From Candidatus Limimorpha sp. (lineage in GTDB: Bacteria; Bacteroidota; Bacteroidia; Bacteroidales; F082): a stretch of DNA of 64,000 nt. The stretch is taken from positions 1,788 to 65,787 of the forward strand of contig JBGYXG010000040.1 in assembly GCA_041842465.1 (NCBI GenBank), read 5' to 3'. Each line of letters starts with the position of its first letter. Within the stretch, counting starts at the first letter, position 1. Position numbers and translations under genes: made by a program. The notes under the pieces were generated by a model that did no database searches, had not been told where the DNA came from, and saw only the letters and a program-made list of their open reading frames with translations. This document shows, piece by piece, positions 45,503 to 55,043 of the stretch.

Positions 45503-46489
45503 ATGTTGAAAATTGGCGTTTTGGGCGCAGGCCATCTGGGGAAGATACATCTGAAATGTATCGAGCAGATACCTAGTTATGAGCTGGTTGGTTTTTTTGA
45601 TCCTGATGAACATACGGTGAAGTCGGTGATGGAGGAGCTTCATGTGCAAGCTTTTCATTCTATTGACGCGTTGGTCGATGTGGTTGATGTGGTCGATATT
45701 GTCACCCCTACCGTGCAGCATTTCAATTGTGCTGCCACTGCCTTGCGTAAACGCAAGCATGTGTTTATTGAGAAGCCCATCGTCGCTACCCCTGATGAGG
45801 CACAGGTGTTGAAGCAACTGGCCGATGAGGCGGGTGTGAAAGTGCAGGTAGGGCATGTGGAGCGTTTTAATCCGGCCTTTATCGCCGCAGAGCCGCATAT
45901 CACGGCTCCGCTTTTCATTGAAGCGCACCGGTTGTCGTTGTTCAATATGCGTGGTCTTGATGTGCCCGTTGTGCTCGACCTCATGGTGCACGATCTTGAC
46001 ATTTTGCTCGCCATCGTCAAATCGCCTGTGGCGCATGTCAGCGCCAGTGGCGTTTCGATTGTCAGCCCGACACCAGATATCGCCAATACCCGTATCGAAT
46101 TTGAAAACGGCACGGTGGCCAATCTTACCGCCAGCCGCATTTCCTTGAAAAACATGCGTAAGACCCGCATCTTTCAGCGCGATGCCTATATCACCGTTGA
46201 TTTTCTCGACAAGGTGACCGAAATCGTTCGGATTCACGACAAGGTGGATGCCGGCAACCCGTTTGCCTTGACATTGGACTTGGGGCAAGGAAATGAGCGG
46301 CAGATCACCATCGACAAACCGAAAATCGGAGAGCTGAACGCCATTCAAACGGAATTGGAGAGCTTTGGTGATGCCATTATCCATAACAGTACACCTGCCG
46401 TGACCATTGACGATGGCGTTCAGGTGCTGCATTTGGCCTACCGGATACTTGAATCGGTGGAGGCGTCTTCAAGAAGAATTAAAGGGTGA
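45503..46489 (+). CDS. Gfo/Idh/MocA-family NAD(P)-dependent oxidoreductase
   Basis: MLKIGVLGAGHLGKIH Rossmann N-terminus and an EKP motif. Confidence 0.85.
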   Translation: MLKIGVLGAGHLGKIHLKCIEQIPSYELVGFFDPDEHTVKSVMEELHVQAFHSIDALVDVVDVVDIVTPTVQHFNCAATALRKRKHVFIEKPIVATPDEAQVLKQLADEAGVKVQVGHVERFNPAFIAAEPHITAPLFIEAHRLSLFNMRGLDVPVVLDLMVHDLDILLAIVKSPVAHVSASGVSIVSPTPDIANTRIEFENGTVANLTASRISLKNMRKTRIFQRDAYITVDFLDKVTEIVRIHDKVDAGNPFALTLDLGQGNERQITIDKPKIGELNAIQTELESFGDAIIHNSTPAVTIDDGVQVLHLAYRILESVEASSRRIKG

Positions 46490-46664
46490 TGATATATAAG
46501 GTATTGAAAATCAATGATTTTTATATTTTAGATTTTGAAAACTTGAAAGTCGGGATGCTTTGTTTTTCTACTCAATTGAAAATCTGCATCATTATTCAAA
46601 ATAAACCATGGTGATGTGCAATATTAGCGGATGGGTTTCGTTCAAACAATACAATGAATCATTC

Positions 46665-47594
46665 ATGAAAAGAAACTTTACTTTTTTTGCGACATGTATG
46701 GCTTTCCTGCTGCTGTCGTTTGCTTCGTGTAACAACTTTGACGGTGAACAAAAGGTGCCTGCTTATCTTCGTATTGATTCTGTCGGGTTGAAGACGGATC
46801 CTAATGTTTTTGGTGTCAATACGCACAATATCACCGATGTGTGGGTTTATGTGGACGATAAGACCATTGGCACTTTTGAGATTCCTGCTACGTTTCCGGT
46901 GCTCAAGGAGGGCAAGCACAAGCTGTCGATTTACGGCGGCATCAAATTAAACGGCATTTCAGAGTCGAGAATCCCTTATCCGTTTTTCAAACCCTTGATC
47001 ATCGAGGATTTTGGACTCTATCCTGACAGCGTGGTCTCTTTGGCAGTCCCTCAATTTGAATATTATGAGCTTAATACCACCACCCATGTGGCGTGGATTG
47101 AAGATTTTGAAGTGGCATCGGTCACTTTAGAACCCGGTGCTTTCAATGACTCAACTGTGTTGATGGAGCGCGTTTCGCAAGAGGAGGGGGCGATGCAATG
47201 GGAACATTCGTATTATTCCGGGAAAATCACACTTCCTGCCGATACCAACAAGTATTTCTTTTTCCAGTCTTACAAGTCGTTTGACGAGTTGCCGACCAAT
47301 GGCGCCGCTTGCATGTTGGAATTGGATTTCAATACGAATGATACTGTGGTTGTGGGTGTTATCAGTTATAAGCACAACAAAGCCACCCTGCACGATTTGG
47401 TCAAGTTAATGCCAACGGATCCTGATCACGATACGCCTAATAAGTGGAAAAAGATTTATGTGAATATCGGCCCGATCGTGATTGACAACAAGGATGCTGA
47501 CAAATACAAGATTTACATTCAATCGGTACAACGAGACCCGAGGATCAGCAAGTACTATTTCGACAACTTTAAACTTCTTTACAGAGAGAGATGA
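46665..47594 (+). CDS. hypothetical lipoprotein
   Basis: Lipobox LLSFASC. No family recognised. Its stop overlaps the next start (ATGA). Confidence 0.6.
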   Translation: MKRNFTFFATCMAFLLLSFASCNNFDGEQKVPAYLRIDSVGLKTDPNVFGVNTHNITDVWVYVDDKTIGTFEIPATFPVLKEGKHKLSIYGGIKLNGISESRIPYPFFKPLIIEDFGLYPDSVVSLAVPQFEYYELNTTTHVAWIEDFEVASVTLEPGAFNDSTVLMERVSQEEGAMQWEHSYYSGKITLPADTNKYFFFQSYKSFDELPTNGAACMLELDFNTNDTVVVGVISYKHNKATLHDLVKLMPTDPDHDTPNKWKKIYVNIGPIVIDNKDADKYKIYIQSVQRDPRISKYYFDNFKLLYRER

Positions 47595-49015
47595 AAAAGA
47601 AACGCTTGGCATTTGTCTATATCCTGCTTGACTGGATCGCTTCCGTCTTGGCTTGGGCTTTGTTTTACTTTTTCAGAAAGTCCAACGAATATCCTTATTT
47701 TCCGTTTGATGAAACCTTTGCCGATGCCACCGACGATCTGAATTTCTGGTTGGGATTGATAGGTATTCCCATTGGCTGGATTGTTCTTCACTGCATCACC
47801 GGAGCTTATCAGAAAGTATATTTCAAATCGCGTCTCAAGGAGTTTGAACAGACCTTTTTTATCACACTGCTGGGAGTGACCATCCTGTTTTTTGCGGCCA
47901 TTCTCGATGATAAGATTGTTACCTATAAATCCTACTATCAGTCGTTTTTAGTGCTTTTTGGCTTGCAGTTCGGCTTGACCTACCTCACAAGGTTGGTGGT
48001 TACTTCCATAATGATTCACCGTATTCGCACAAAACGCATAGGCTACAACACGCTGATTGTCGGCAGCAACGGCAAGGCGACCGGTATTTATAACGAGATT
48101 GAAAATCAAGTAAAGCCTTCAGGACAGAAGTTCATCGGCTTTGTCAACGTATATGATAAGAAAGAGTACAAGTTAGCGGAGTTTCTGCCGCATCTGGGTA
48201 CTTATCGTGACATCGAGCGTATTGTCAAGGAGTACGATGTAGAGGAAATCATCATTGCCATTGAACGCACCGAAACCGATTCGATGGACGTGATTCTTTC
48301 CGTCATCGACAACACGAATGCCGTTGTCAAGATTACGCCCGACATGCAAGACTTGGTGTTTGGCAGCATTCGGCAGTCCGCCATTTGGAACGCGCCTTTG
48401 GTGCAAGTTACACCCGACCTTATGCCTATCTGGCACCGGGTCATCAAGCGTGTGTGCGACATAGTGCTGTCGGTGTTTGCTCTTATTGTGCTGTCGCCGG
48501 TGTTCTTGCTATGCTCTATTATCGTGGCAACCACGTCTAAAGGTCCCGTGTTCTATAAGCAGGAGCGCATCGGGAAAGGCGGAAAGCCATTCAAAATGGC
48601 CAAGTTCCGCAGTATGTACATCGATGCCGAATCAAGCGGCACCCCACAGCTTTCGAGTGACGATGATCCACGCATCACCAGGTTCGGACGTTTCATGCGT
48701 AAGGTGCGCCTCGATGAGATTCCACAGTTTTATACCGTGCTCATCGGAAAGATGTCGCTCGTAGGCTATCGTCCCGAGCGGCAGTATTTCATCGATAAGA
48801 TTATGGAGAAAGCGCCTTATTACCGCTTGCTTTTCAAGGTGAAACCGGGCATTACCAGTTGGGGCGAGGTGAAATACGGCTATGCGGAGAATGTGGAGGA
48901 AATGATTGAACGTTTGAAATACGACATTCTCTATATCGAAAACGTCAGTCTTGGGCTTGATTTGAAGATTCTGATATACACGGTTTTAATCGTCATCCAA
49001 GGACGTGGAAAGTGA
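47591..49015 (+). CDS. polyprenyl-phosphate sugar phosphotransferase (WbaP/bacterial sugar transferase family)
   Basis: N-terminal TM helices and a C-terminal DPRIT..GRFMRK..LDEIPQF.....G.MSLVG.RP motif. Confidence 0.9.
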   Translation: MKKKRLAFVYILLDWIASVLAWALFYFFRKSNEYPYFPFDETFADATDDLNFWLGLIGIPIGWIVLHCITGAYQKVYFKSRLKEFEQTFFITLLGVTILFFAAILDDKIVTYKSYYQSFLVLFGLQFGLTYLTRLVVTSIMIHRIRTKRIGYNTLIVGSNGKATGIYNEIENQVKPSGQKFIGFVNVYDKKEYKLAEFLPHLGTYRDIERIVKEYDVEEIIIAIERTETDSMDVILSVIDNTNAVVKITPDMQDLVFGSIRQSAIWNAPLVQVTPDLMPIWHRVIKRVCDIVLSVFALIVLSPVFLLCSIIVATTSKGPVFYKQERIGKGGKPFKMAKFRSMYIDAESSGTPQLSSDDDPRITRFGRFMRKVRLDEIPQFYTVLIGKMSLVGYRPERQYFIDKIMEKAPYYRLLFKVKPGITSWGEVKYGYAENVEEMIERLKYDILYIENVSLGLDLKILIYTVLIVIQGRGK

Positions 49016-49019
49016 GCCG

Positions 49020-49661
49020 TCAGATGCATCCTTTTTCCATTAAGGTGATGATGGTTTCGATTTTATCGTCCTCTTCGTTGGTTTTCGGGTCGTATTCCGT
49101 TTTCAGATTATAGCCCCACAACTGTGCAAATCCCTGATAGAAAAATGCCCTGAACTTGCCGCGCAGTTCCTGTACGAGTTTATAGGACGTGTTTCCTGTT
49201 TCGCGGTCGATAAGGCGGATGAGGATGGCACCCTGTGTAAAGGTGAGCTTCTTGAGGTCTTCGGAGTATTGCGCAGTGATTTCTTCTTCCGCTTTTTTCA
49301 TCAGTTTTCTGCGCTCTTGTTTGCTTTTGGTTATAACTAACAGACTGTCATACTGTTGCAGTTTTTCGCCGGCAAGTTTAGCATAGGGATACACTTTTTT
49401 CACATTCCTCACCAAACGGCGGCCTTGGCGTGTGTCCGCGAAGTCGTAGAAATGTTGCAACATGCGGATATCCACTTCCGGAAGCTGGACAATGAGCAAA
49501 GTGTCGCCGTTTTCAATCCTTCCGTAAACGACATTCTGTTTGTTTTCCGTGAGTTCAGGCGTGGGTTTTGTGGGGCGTTGGGCTTGTATCTTGAAGACCC
49601 TTTGGCTGTATCCCGCAATGACGGACAGAACAATCAATAGGGTGATGATGCACTTTTTCAT
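49020..49661 (-). CDS. hypothetical secreted protein (Bacteroidota-type, possibly DUF4294-like)
   Basis: Signal peptide. The family assignment is from memory only. Confidence 0.5.
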   Translation of the reverse strand: MKKCIITLLIVLSVIAGYSQRVFKIQAQRPTKPTPELTENKQNVVYGRIENGDTLLIVQLPEVDIRMLQHFYDFADTRQGRRLVRNVKKVYPYAKLAGEKLQQYDSLLVITKSKQERRKLMKKAEEEITAQYSEDLKKLTFTQGAILIRLIDRETGNTSYKLVQELRGKFRAFFYQGFAQLWGYNLKTEYDPKTNEEDDKIETIITLMEKGCI

Positions 49662-49751
49662 GGTCGAAGTTATGGTTTTCCTTTATGTTTTACAATTTTT
49701 GTGCCAAATCGAAATGGATAAAGCGTATTGAGGGAAAGTCCGTTGCGGTGC

Positions 49752-49789
49752 AAAAAAAGAACCGACAGAAAGACTGCCGGTTCTTTTTC
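49752..49789 (-). terminator. hairpin terminator after clpX
   Basis: Stem GAACCG.CAG/CTG.CGGTTC flanked by an A-run and a T-run. Confidence 0.6.
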
Positions 49790-49805
49790 GAAATAGGTTT
49801 TCAAA

Positions 49806-51038
49806 TCATTCGCCGATGCTCGATTTTGCCAGTCTCGACTTGTTGAGTTGCTGCTCGGCATAGTCGCGGTCAACGGTAAATTTTTTGATTTTCTTGTTGG
49901 AGGGCAGTTCAAACATGGCGTCGTTCAGGATGGCTTCCATGATGGAGCGCAGTCCGCGTGCACCGAGTTTGAACTCGATGGCTTTTTCAACGACAAAGTC
50001 AAGCATCTCGTCCTTGATGTCAAGTTGGATGCTGTCCATGGCAAACAGCTTGGTGAACTGTTTCACAATGGCATTCTTGGGTTCGGTAAGGATGCGTTTC
50101 AAAGCATCGTTGTCAAGCGGATCGAGGTGTGACAGTATGGGCAAACGTCCTACGATTTCGGGAATCAAGCCGAATTTCTTCAGGTCGGCGGGCGCGATGT
50201 ATTTCAACATGTTACCTTTGTCGAGCACTTTTTCCGTATTGGTGCCGTATCCGATGACGTTGGCGCGTTTTCGGGCGGCAATGATGCGGTCGATGCCGTC
50301 GAAGGCACCGCCGGCGATGAAGAGGATATTCTTCGTGTTGACGGCGATCATTTTCTGTTCGGGATGTTTGCGTCCGCCTTGTGGAGGCACGTTGGAAACC
50401 GAGCCTTCTAACAGCTTCAGCAAAGCCTGTTGCACGCCTTCGCCCGATACGTCGCGCGTGATGCTGGGGTTGTCGCTCTTACGGGCGATTTTGTCGATTT
50501 CATCGATGAAGACAATGCCGCGTTCGGCAGCGGCCACATCGTAGTCGGCGGCCTGTAGCAGCCTGACGAGGATATTCTCAACGTCTTCGCCCACATAACC
50601 GGCTTCGGTCAGCACGGTGGCGTCGGCAATGGCAAACGGCACGTTCAGCATCTTGGCGATGGTCTGTGCTAAAAGCGTTTTACCAGTGCCGGTCTCACCA
50701 ACTAAGATCATGTTCGACTTCTCGATTTCCACGTCGTCGTCGGCCACTTTCTGCATGATGCGCTTGTAGTGGTTGTAAACAGCCACGGCGAGCACGCGCT
50801 TGGCTTCATCTTGCCCGATGACATACTGATCGAGGAAAGCCTTGATTTCCGCCGGTTTTTTCAGATCCGGCTTCGGCTTTGTCTTATTGCTTTCTACTAT
50901 GATGTTGTCTCTGACGATTTCATGCGCTTGTTCCACGCAGTTGTCGCAGATGTTGACACCAATGCCTTTGATGAGCAGCCTCACGTCGGAGGCTTTTCTG
51001 CCGCAGAAAGAGCAAAATCCGGTTTTCTTCGTCGTCAT
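49806..51038 (-). CDS. clpX: ATP-dependent Clp protease ATP-binding subunit ClpX
   Basis: Zinc ribbon CSFCGR...C..C, Walker A GETGTGKT and Walker [10 protein letters not shown]. Confidence 0.97.
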   Translation of the reverse strand: MTTKKTGFCSFCGRKASDVRLLIKGIGVNICDNCVEQAHEIVRDNIIVESNKTKPKPDLKKPAEIKAFLDQYVIGQDEAKRVLAVAVYNHYKRIMQKVADDDVEIEKSNMILVGETGTGKTLLAQTIAKMLNVPFAIADATVLTEAGYVGEDVENILVRLLQAADYDVAAAERGIVFIDEIDKIARKSDNPSITRDVSGEGVQQALLKLLEGSVSNVPPQGGRKHPEQKMIAVNTKNILFIAGGAFDGIDRIIAARKRANVIGYGTNTEKVLDKGNMLKYIAPADLKKFGLIPEIVGRLPILSHLDPLDNDALKRILTEPKNAIVKQFTKLFAMDSIQLDIKDEMLDFVVEKAIEFKLGARGLRSIMEAILNDAMFELPSNKKIKKFTVDRDYAEQQLNKSRLAKSSIGE

Positions 51039-51040
51039 GG

Positions 51041-51709
51041 CTACTTCTTGACCAGCACTTCGTCAATCATTCCGTATTCCTTGGCTTCGATGGCAGTCAT
51101 CCAGTAGTCGCGGTCCGAGTCGGCCCAAACCTTGTCGTAGGGTTGACCCGAGTGTTGGGCGATGATTTCGTACAGTTCTTTCTTGAGTTTCTGAATTTCA
51201 CGTGCTGTGATTTCGATTTCGGTGGCTTGGCCTTCCACGCCGCCCATGGGCTGGTGGATCATCACTCTGGAATGGGCAAGCGCCGTGCGTTTTCCGGCGG
51301 CACCGGCGCAAAGCAGCACGGCAGCCATTGATGCCGCCATGCCTGTGCAGATGGTAGCCACATCGGGCGAGATGTACTGAATGGTGTCGTAGATGCCTAA
51401 TCCTGCATAAACGCTGCCACCGGGCGAGTTCAGGTAAATCTGAATGTCTTTCTTCGGGTCGGCGGACTCTAAGAAAAGCAACTGCGCCTGAATGATGTTG
51501 GCCACATAGTCGTCGATGGCAGTGCCAAGAAAGATGATGCGGTCCATCATCAGACGTGAAAACACGTCCATCTGAGCAACGTTAAGCTGGCGCTCCTCGA
51601 TGATGGTGGGGGAGATGTAGCCGGCATTGTTGATTTGCGAGATGTACTTTTCCATCCCTAAGGTGTTGATGCCGAGATGTCTCGTAGCATATTTCTTGAA
51701 CTCGTTCAT
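51041..51709 (-). CDS. clpP: ATP-dependent Clp protease proteolytic subunit
   Basis: GMAASMAA (catalytic Ser) and IHQP (His) motifs. Confidence 0.97.
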   Translation of the reverse strand: MNEFKKYATRHLGINTLGMEKYISQINNAGYISPTIIEERQLNVAQMDVFSRLMMDRIIFLGTAIDDYVANIIQAQLLFLESADPKKDIQIYLNSPGGSVYAGLGIYDTIQYISPDVATICTGMAASMAAVLLCAGAAGKRTALAHSRVMIHQPMGGVEGQATEIEITAREIQKLKKELYEIIAQHSGQPYDKVWADSDRDYWMTAIEAKEYGMIDEVLVKK

Positions 51710-51727
51710 GATGAAGTGTTTGGTGTG

Positions 51728-53137
51728 TTATTTTTCTGCGTTATCTTCCGTTTCCTTGGCTTTTGCCGCTTTCGTTTCTTTGGCCTTGGCCTCTTTCTTG
51801 TCGGCTTTCTCAAGCTCTTTCTCGAAGTCCTTGAAAGCAACATTCCTATAGGAGACTTTCATGTTTTCTTTCAGGAAAGCGGTCATCTTCAGGTCGGCAA
51901 CTTGTCTTTTGATACTGTCGATCTGTTTGTCGTTCTTCAGGTAGCTTTCGGCAATGGAGTCGAGACGGGCTTTCATGTCGTCTTCGAGTGTGCCGTAGTC
52001 GATGCCGGGGAAAATCTGTTTCTTGATGAAGTCTTTCACCTCTTCATTGGTGATGACAAGCTGGGTGTTTTCCTTCACGATGCTGTCTTCGATGAGCTGC
52101 CAGCGGATGCCTTTGCTATAGTGGGCGTCGTAGTCCTTTTCAACATCTTCGGCCTTGACGTTGCCTTGACCGTTTTCAACGATCCAGCGTTTCAGGAAAT
52201 TGTCGGGCATGTCGAACTTGACCGTATCGACGAGCTTGTCAATCATTTTCTGAAGGAGGATACGGTCGCTTTCAACCGTATATTGCTTTTCCATTTCTTC
52301 CTTGACGGCAGCCTTGAAAGCGTCTTGGTCTTTGATGTCTTTGCCGGGGAAAATGCGGTTGAAGAAAGCCTCGTTGAATTCGGGCTTGACTTCGCGGGTG
52401 ATGTCGTCGATGATGATGTTGAAGTCGCTATCTATCGGAGCGTCCTCACCTAGCAGTTTTGCAGCGGCTTCTTCGCCCATGGCCTTGGTGAAGTTGAAGA
52501 TGAACTCGGCGCCGGTTTCCTTGCCGGTCAGTGTTGCCTTCGATTTCTTGTCCGTCACCTGATTCATGCGCAAGTAAACGCCCTTCTTGAAGCCGTTTTC
52601 CACTTCTTTTTCGTTTTCGGCTTCGCAAACCTTCAGTTCAAGACGGTCGTCAGCTTCAACGGTTTCGGGGTGGATGATGTCGGGGTTGTGCTCGGTAATG
52701 TTGTCGATGGTCTTCTGCACTTCTTCATCATCGGCGATGATATGGAAGAAATCGACTTTGGTCTTGGCGAGATCCACCTTGATTTCGGGGCGCAGGGCAG
52801 CCTCAAAACTAAATTCGAGTGTTTCGTCTTTCTCGAAATCGATGGGCTTCTGGTCGGGATCGTTAAGCGGATACCCGAAGAGGTCGAGCTTGTTATCGAC
52901 AATATGCTTGTTGAGCTGTTCGGAGACGATATTGTTCAGTTGTTCCAATTTGATACTGGTTCCGTACATCTTCTTCATCAGGCTCAACGGGGCTTTTCCC
53001 TGACGGAAACCCGGAATGTTGGCGTTGCGTTGCGCCTTTTTCAGGGCTTCGTTCACTTTCGGCTCGTAGTCGTCTTTCGTAATGCTGATTGAAATGGAGA
53101 TCAGATGCTCTCCTTTTGAGGTTTGCGTTGTGTTCAT
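51728..53137 (-). CDS. tig: trigger factor
   Basis: N-terminal GFRQGKAP ribosome-binding motif. The length and position upstream of clpP-clpX fit trigger factor. Confidence 0.9.
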   Translation of the reverse strand: MNTTQTSKGEHLISISISITKDDYEPKVNEALKKAQRNANIPGFRQGKAPLSLMKKMYGTSIKLEQLNNIVSEQLNKHIVDNKLDLFGYPLNDPDQKPIDFEKDETLEFSFEAALRPEIKVDLAKTKVDFFHIIADDEEVQKTIDNITEHNPDIIHPETVEADDRLELKVCEAENEKEVENGFKKGVYLRMNQVTDKKSKATLTGKETGAEFIFNFTKAMGEEAAAKLLGEDAPIDSDFNIIIDDITREVKPEFNEAFFNRIFPGKDIKDQDAFKAAVKEEMEKQYTVESDRILLQKMIDKLVDTVKFDMPDNFLKRWIVENGQGNVKAEDVEKDYDAHYSKGIRWQLIEDSIVKENTQLVITNEEVKDFIKKQIFPGIDYGTLEDDMKARLDSIAESYLKNDKQIDSIKRQVADLKMTAFLKENMKVSYRNVAFKDFEKELEKADKKEAKAKETKAAKAKETEDNAEK

Positions 53138-53167
53138 CTCTAATAATTGATTCTCTAGTGATATTCG

Positions 53168-53249
53168 TGCGGATGAAGGGACTCGAACCCTTACTTCTCT
53201 CGAAACCAGATCCTAAGTCTGGCGCGTCTACCAATTCCGCCACACCCGC
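53168..53249 (-). tRNA. tRNA-Leu (anticodon TAG)
   Basis: I folded the 82-nt sequence by hand: GCGGGTG acceptor stem, anticodon arm CCAGA-CTTAGGA-TCTGG, long variable arm, and T-arm AAGGG-TTCGAGT-CCCTT. Confidence 0.9.
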
Positions 53250-53269
53250 AAAGTGCGTTTTTGAGGGCG

Positions 53270-53277
53270 CAAAGATA
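53270..53277 (-). promoter_or_regulatory. -7 box TATCTTTG (minus strand) for tRNA-Leu
   Basis: The plus strand reads CAAAGATA, 21 nt from the tRNA 5' end. Confidence 0.4.
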
Positions 53278-53495
53278 CGGATTATTTATTTATTCACAGG
53301 CGCTTTTGCCGCCAATGTGTGAAAAATAGGTCTTTGCTTACAAGGGTGCTTCGCCATCAATAAAGAGGCTGTCGCAAAAACAAATATGCTGTTAAGAAAG
53401 GATGGAGGCGACCCGTTGCCAAGTTTATGCCGGAAGAAATCAAAGTTTTTCCATCTTTTTATTGTAATCGATAAAAACGGAATGATTTTTTTCTA

Positions 53496-53503
53496 TACAT
53501 TTG
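53496..53503 (+). promoter_or_regulatory. -7 box TACATTTG for 53583..55037
   Basis: Exact TAnnTTTG match. It predicts a leader of about 70 nt. Confidence 0.35.
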
Positions 53504-53582
53504 TCGCCTTGTCGTGCTGTGCGATAAAAAAACAGCAGTTCTTTTATTAACTACTAGTTGAACGGATAAAACTTCATCGAAG

Positions 53583-55037
53583 ATGAAACGAATCTATGGG
53601 GCGGAACAGCCCTTTACGCCATTAGGCCCTTTTAAATTGCGTATCCCGTTCGTCCATTATAAGTTTGAATGGGCGGATTATGTGCAAGGTTTGTTGGTTT
53701 GCGCTGTGTGTCTGAGTGCGGTGCCCATGCTGCAAGAATATTTGGGAATGCCTTTCGACATTGCCATCACCATTGTCATCCTAAACGGTATTCTTTATTG
53801 TACCCACGTGCTGTTGGGCGACCCTGTGGTGCCGGGCTGGGTGACGCCCGCCATTCCCATTCTGATTCTGTATGTGAATCAGTTCGACCCGGGTCCCGAC
53901 AGAATGCATGCACTGATTGCGTTCGAGTTCCTGTTGGGGCTGCTGGCTTTTGTGCTGGGAGTCACTGGACTTGGGAAAAAGATGATTAAAATAGTGCCTG
54001 CCGCCATGCAGTCGGGCATCATCGTAGGTGCGGGTATTGCCGCCGTTATCGTGGTGTTCAAGACAGGCAGTCATTTCGACAAAACGCCGTGGACCATCGC
54101 CATTTGCATGGGCATCGGATTTTTCCTGCTGTTTTCCAACACTTTCAGGGTGATGGCTGAACGCAATAAAATAGCCAAGTTCATTGCCAACATGGGTATT
54201 CTGCCCATCATGGTGCTGGCGGTTATTCTGGGTCCCTTGGTGTTCGAAACGCCTTGGCCTACGGTAGAATGGGGATTGGTGAAGCCGAATTTCATAGGTG
54301 TATGGCGCGACTGGACCATCTTCGGGCTGGGACTGCCTCCTGCACGGATGTTTATTTCCGCCATTCCCGTGGTGGTTTCCACCTATATAGTATTGTTCGG
54401 CGACATGATACAGGCGCAGGCTCTGATAGAAGACTGTGCCGAAAAACGACCCGATGAAAAGGTGGATTACAACCCCGACCGCTCGCACATTATTTTTGGT
54501 ATGCGTAATATGACCATGTCTATCATCGGTCCCGACCTCACCATGTGCGGACCCTTGTGGGCGGCCATGCAGGTAGTCATCTGCGACCGGTACAAGAAAG
54601 GTCCGAAAGCGATGGAGTCCATACATTCCGGAGCCGGATCGTTCCGTTTCGGTACGCTGACGGGCTATTTCCTGCTTCCCATTGTCACGCTCGTGAAGCC
54701 TATTCTGGGTGTGGCGCTGGCTTCAACTTTGCTCATTCAGGGCTTTGTCTCTTTCCGAGTGGGTGTTAGCAAGGCGCGGACATCCATCGACCTTGGCATT
54801 GCCGGGGTTATGGCGGCCATACTGGCTTCCCGCGGTGCGGCATGGGGATTAGGCGGCGGTATCGTTATGAGTCTGCTGCTGTTAATGCCCATGCGGAAAC
54901 ACAAGAATGCTGACGATTTGTCCGAAGCCGAACACGGCAAGGAGCGCGAAGGTAGCATTGCAACCATTGGGAAGACAACTATCGAAGCGCAATCCGAACA
55001 TCAGATGGCACGGGAAACTGTGGAAGTGGAGCAATAG
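53583..55037 (+). CDS. polytopic membrane protein, putative permease (family not assigned)
   Basis: 484 aa with at least 10 hydrophobic segments and a hydrophilic C-terminal tail. Confidence 0.6.
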   Translation: MKRIYGAEQPFTPLGPFKLRIPFVHYKFEWADYVQGLLVCAVCLSAVPMLQEYLGMPFDIAITIVILNGILYCTHVLLGDPVVPGWVTPAIPILILYVNQFDPGPDRMHALIAFEFLLGLLAFVLGVTGLGKKMIKIVPAAMQSGIIVGAGIAAVIVVFKTGSHFDKTPWTIAICMGIGFFLLFSNTFRVMAERNKIAKFIANMGILPIMVLAVILGPLVFETPWPTVEWGLVKPNFIGVWRDWTIFGLGLPPARMFISAIPVVVSTYIVLFGDMIQAQALIEDCAEKRPDEKVDYNPDRSHIIFGMRNMTMSIIGPDLTMCGPLWAAMQVVICDRYKKGPKAMESIHSGAGSFRFGTLTGYFLLPIVTLVKPILGVALASTLLIQGFVSFRVGVSKARTSIDLGIAGVMAAILASRGAAWGLGGGIVMSLLLLMPMRKHKNADDLSEAEHGKEREGSIATIGKTTIEAQSEHQMARETVEVEQ

Positions 55038-55043
55038 TCTTTT

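Noticed and set aside
45479-46432. 317-aa ORF on the minus strand
   Set aside because: It is antisense to the Gfo/Idh/MocA oxidoreductase, whose Rossmann N-terminus is on the + strand. It is a shadow ORF.
52893-53243. 116-aa minus-strand ORF, plus the ORFs at 56108..56389 and 56320..56532
   Set aside because: They run through the tRNA-Leu and tRNA-His genes, and peptides such as AELVDAPDLGSG are the usual translation of tRNA sequence. They are not coding.
5911-53480. Recurrent ATCGAT-containing AT-rich words in intergenic regions, as a possible shared operator. Examples: AAATCGATAAAAATA near 6812, AAATCGATATATTTT near 25447, TAATCGATAAAAACG near 53468, and others near 5917, 5990 and 25231.
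   Set aside because: ATCGAT is also frequent inside coding regions here (Ile-Asp codons). The flanks do not align into a longer palindrome, and I cannot compute enrichment without tools. Motif discovery (MEME) on all the intergenic regions would settle it.
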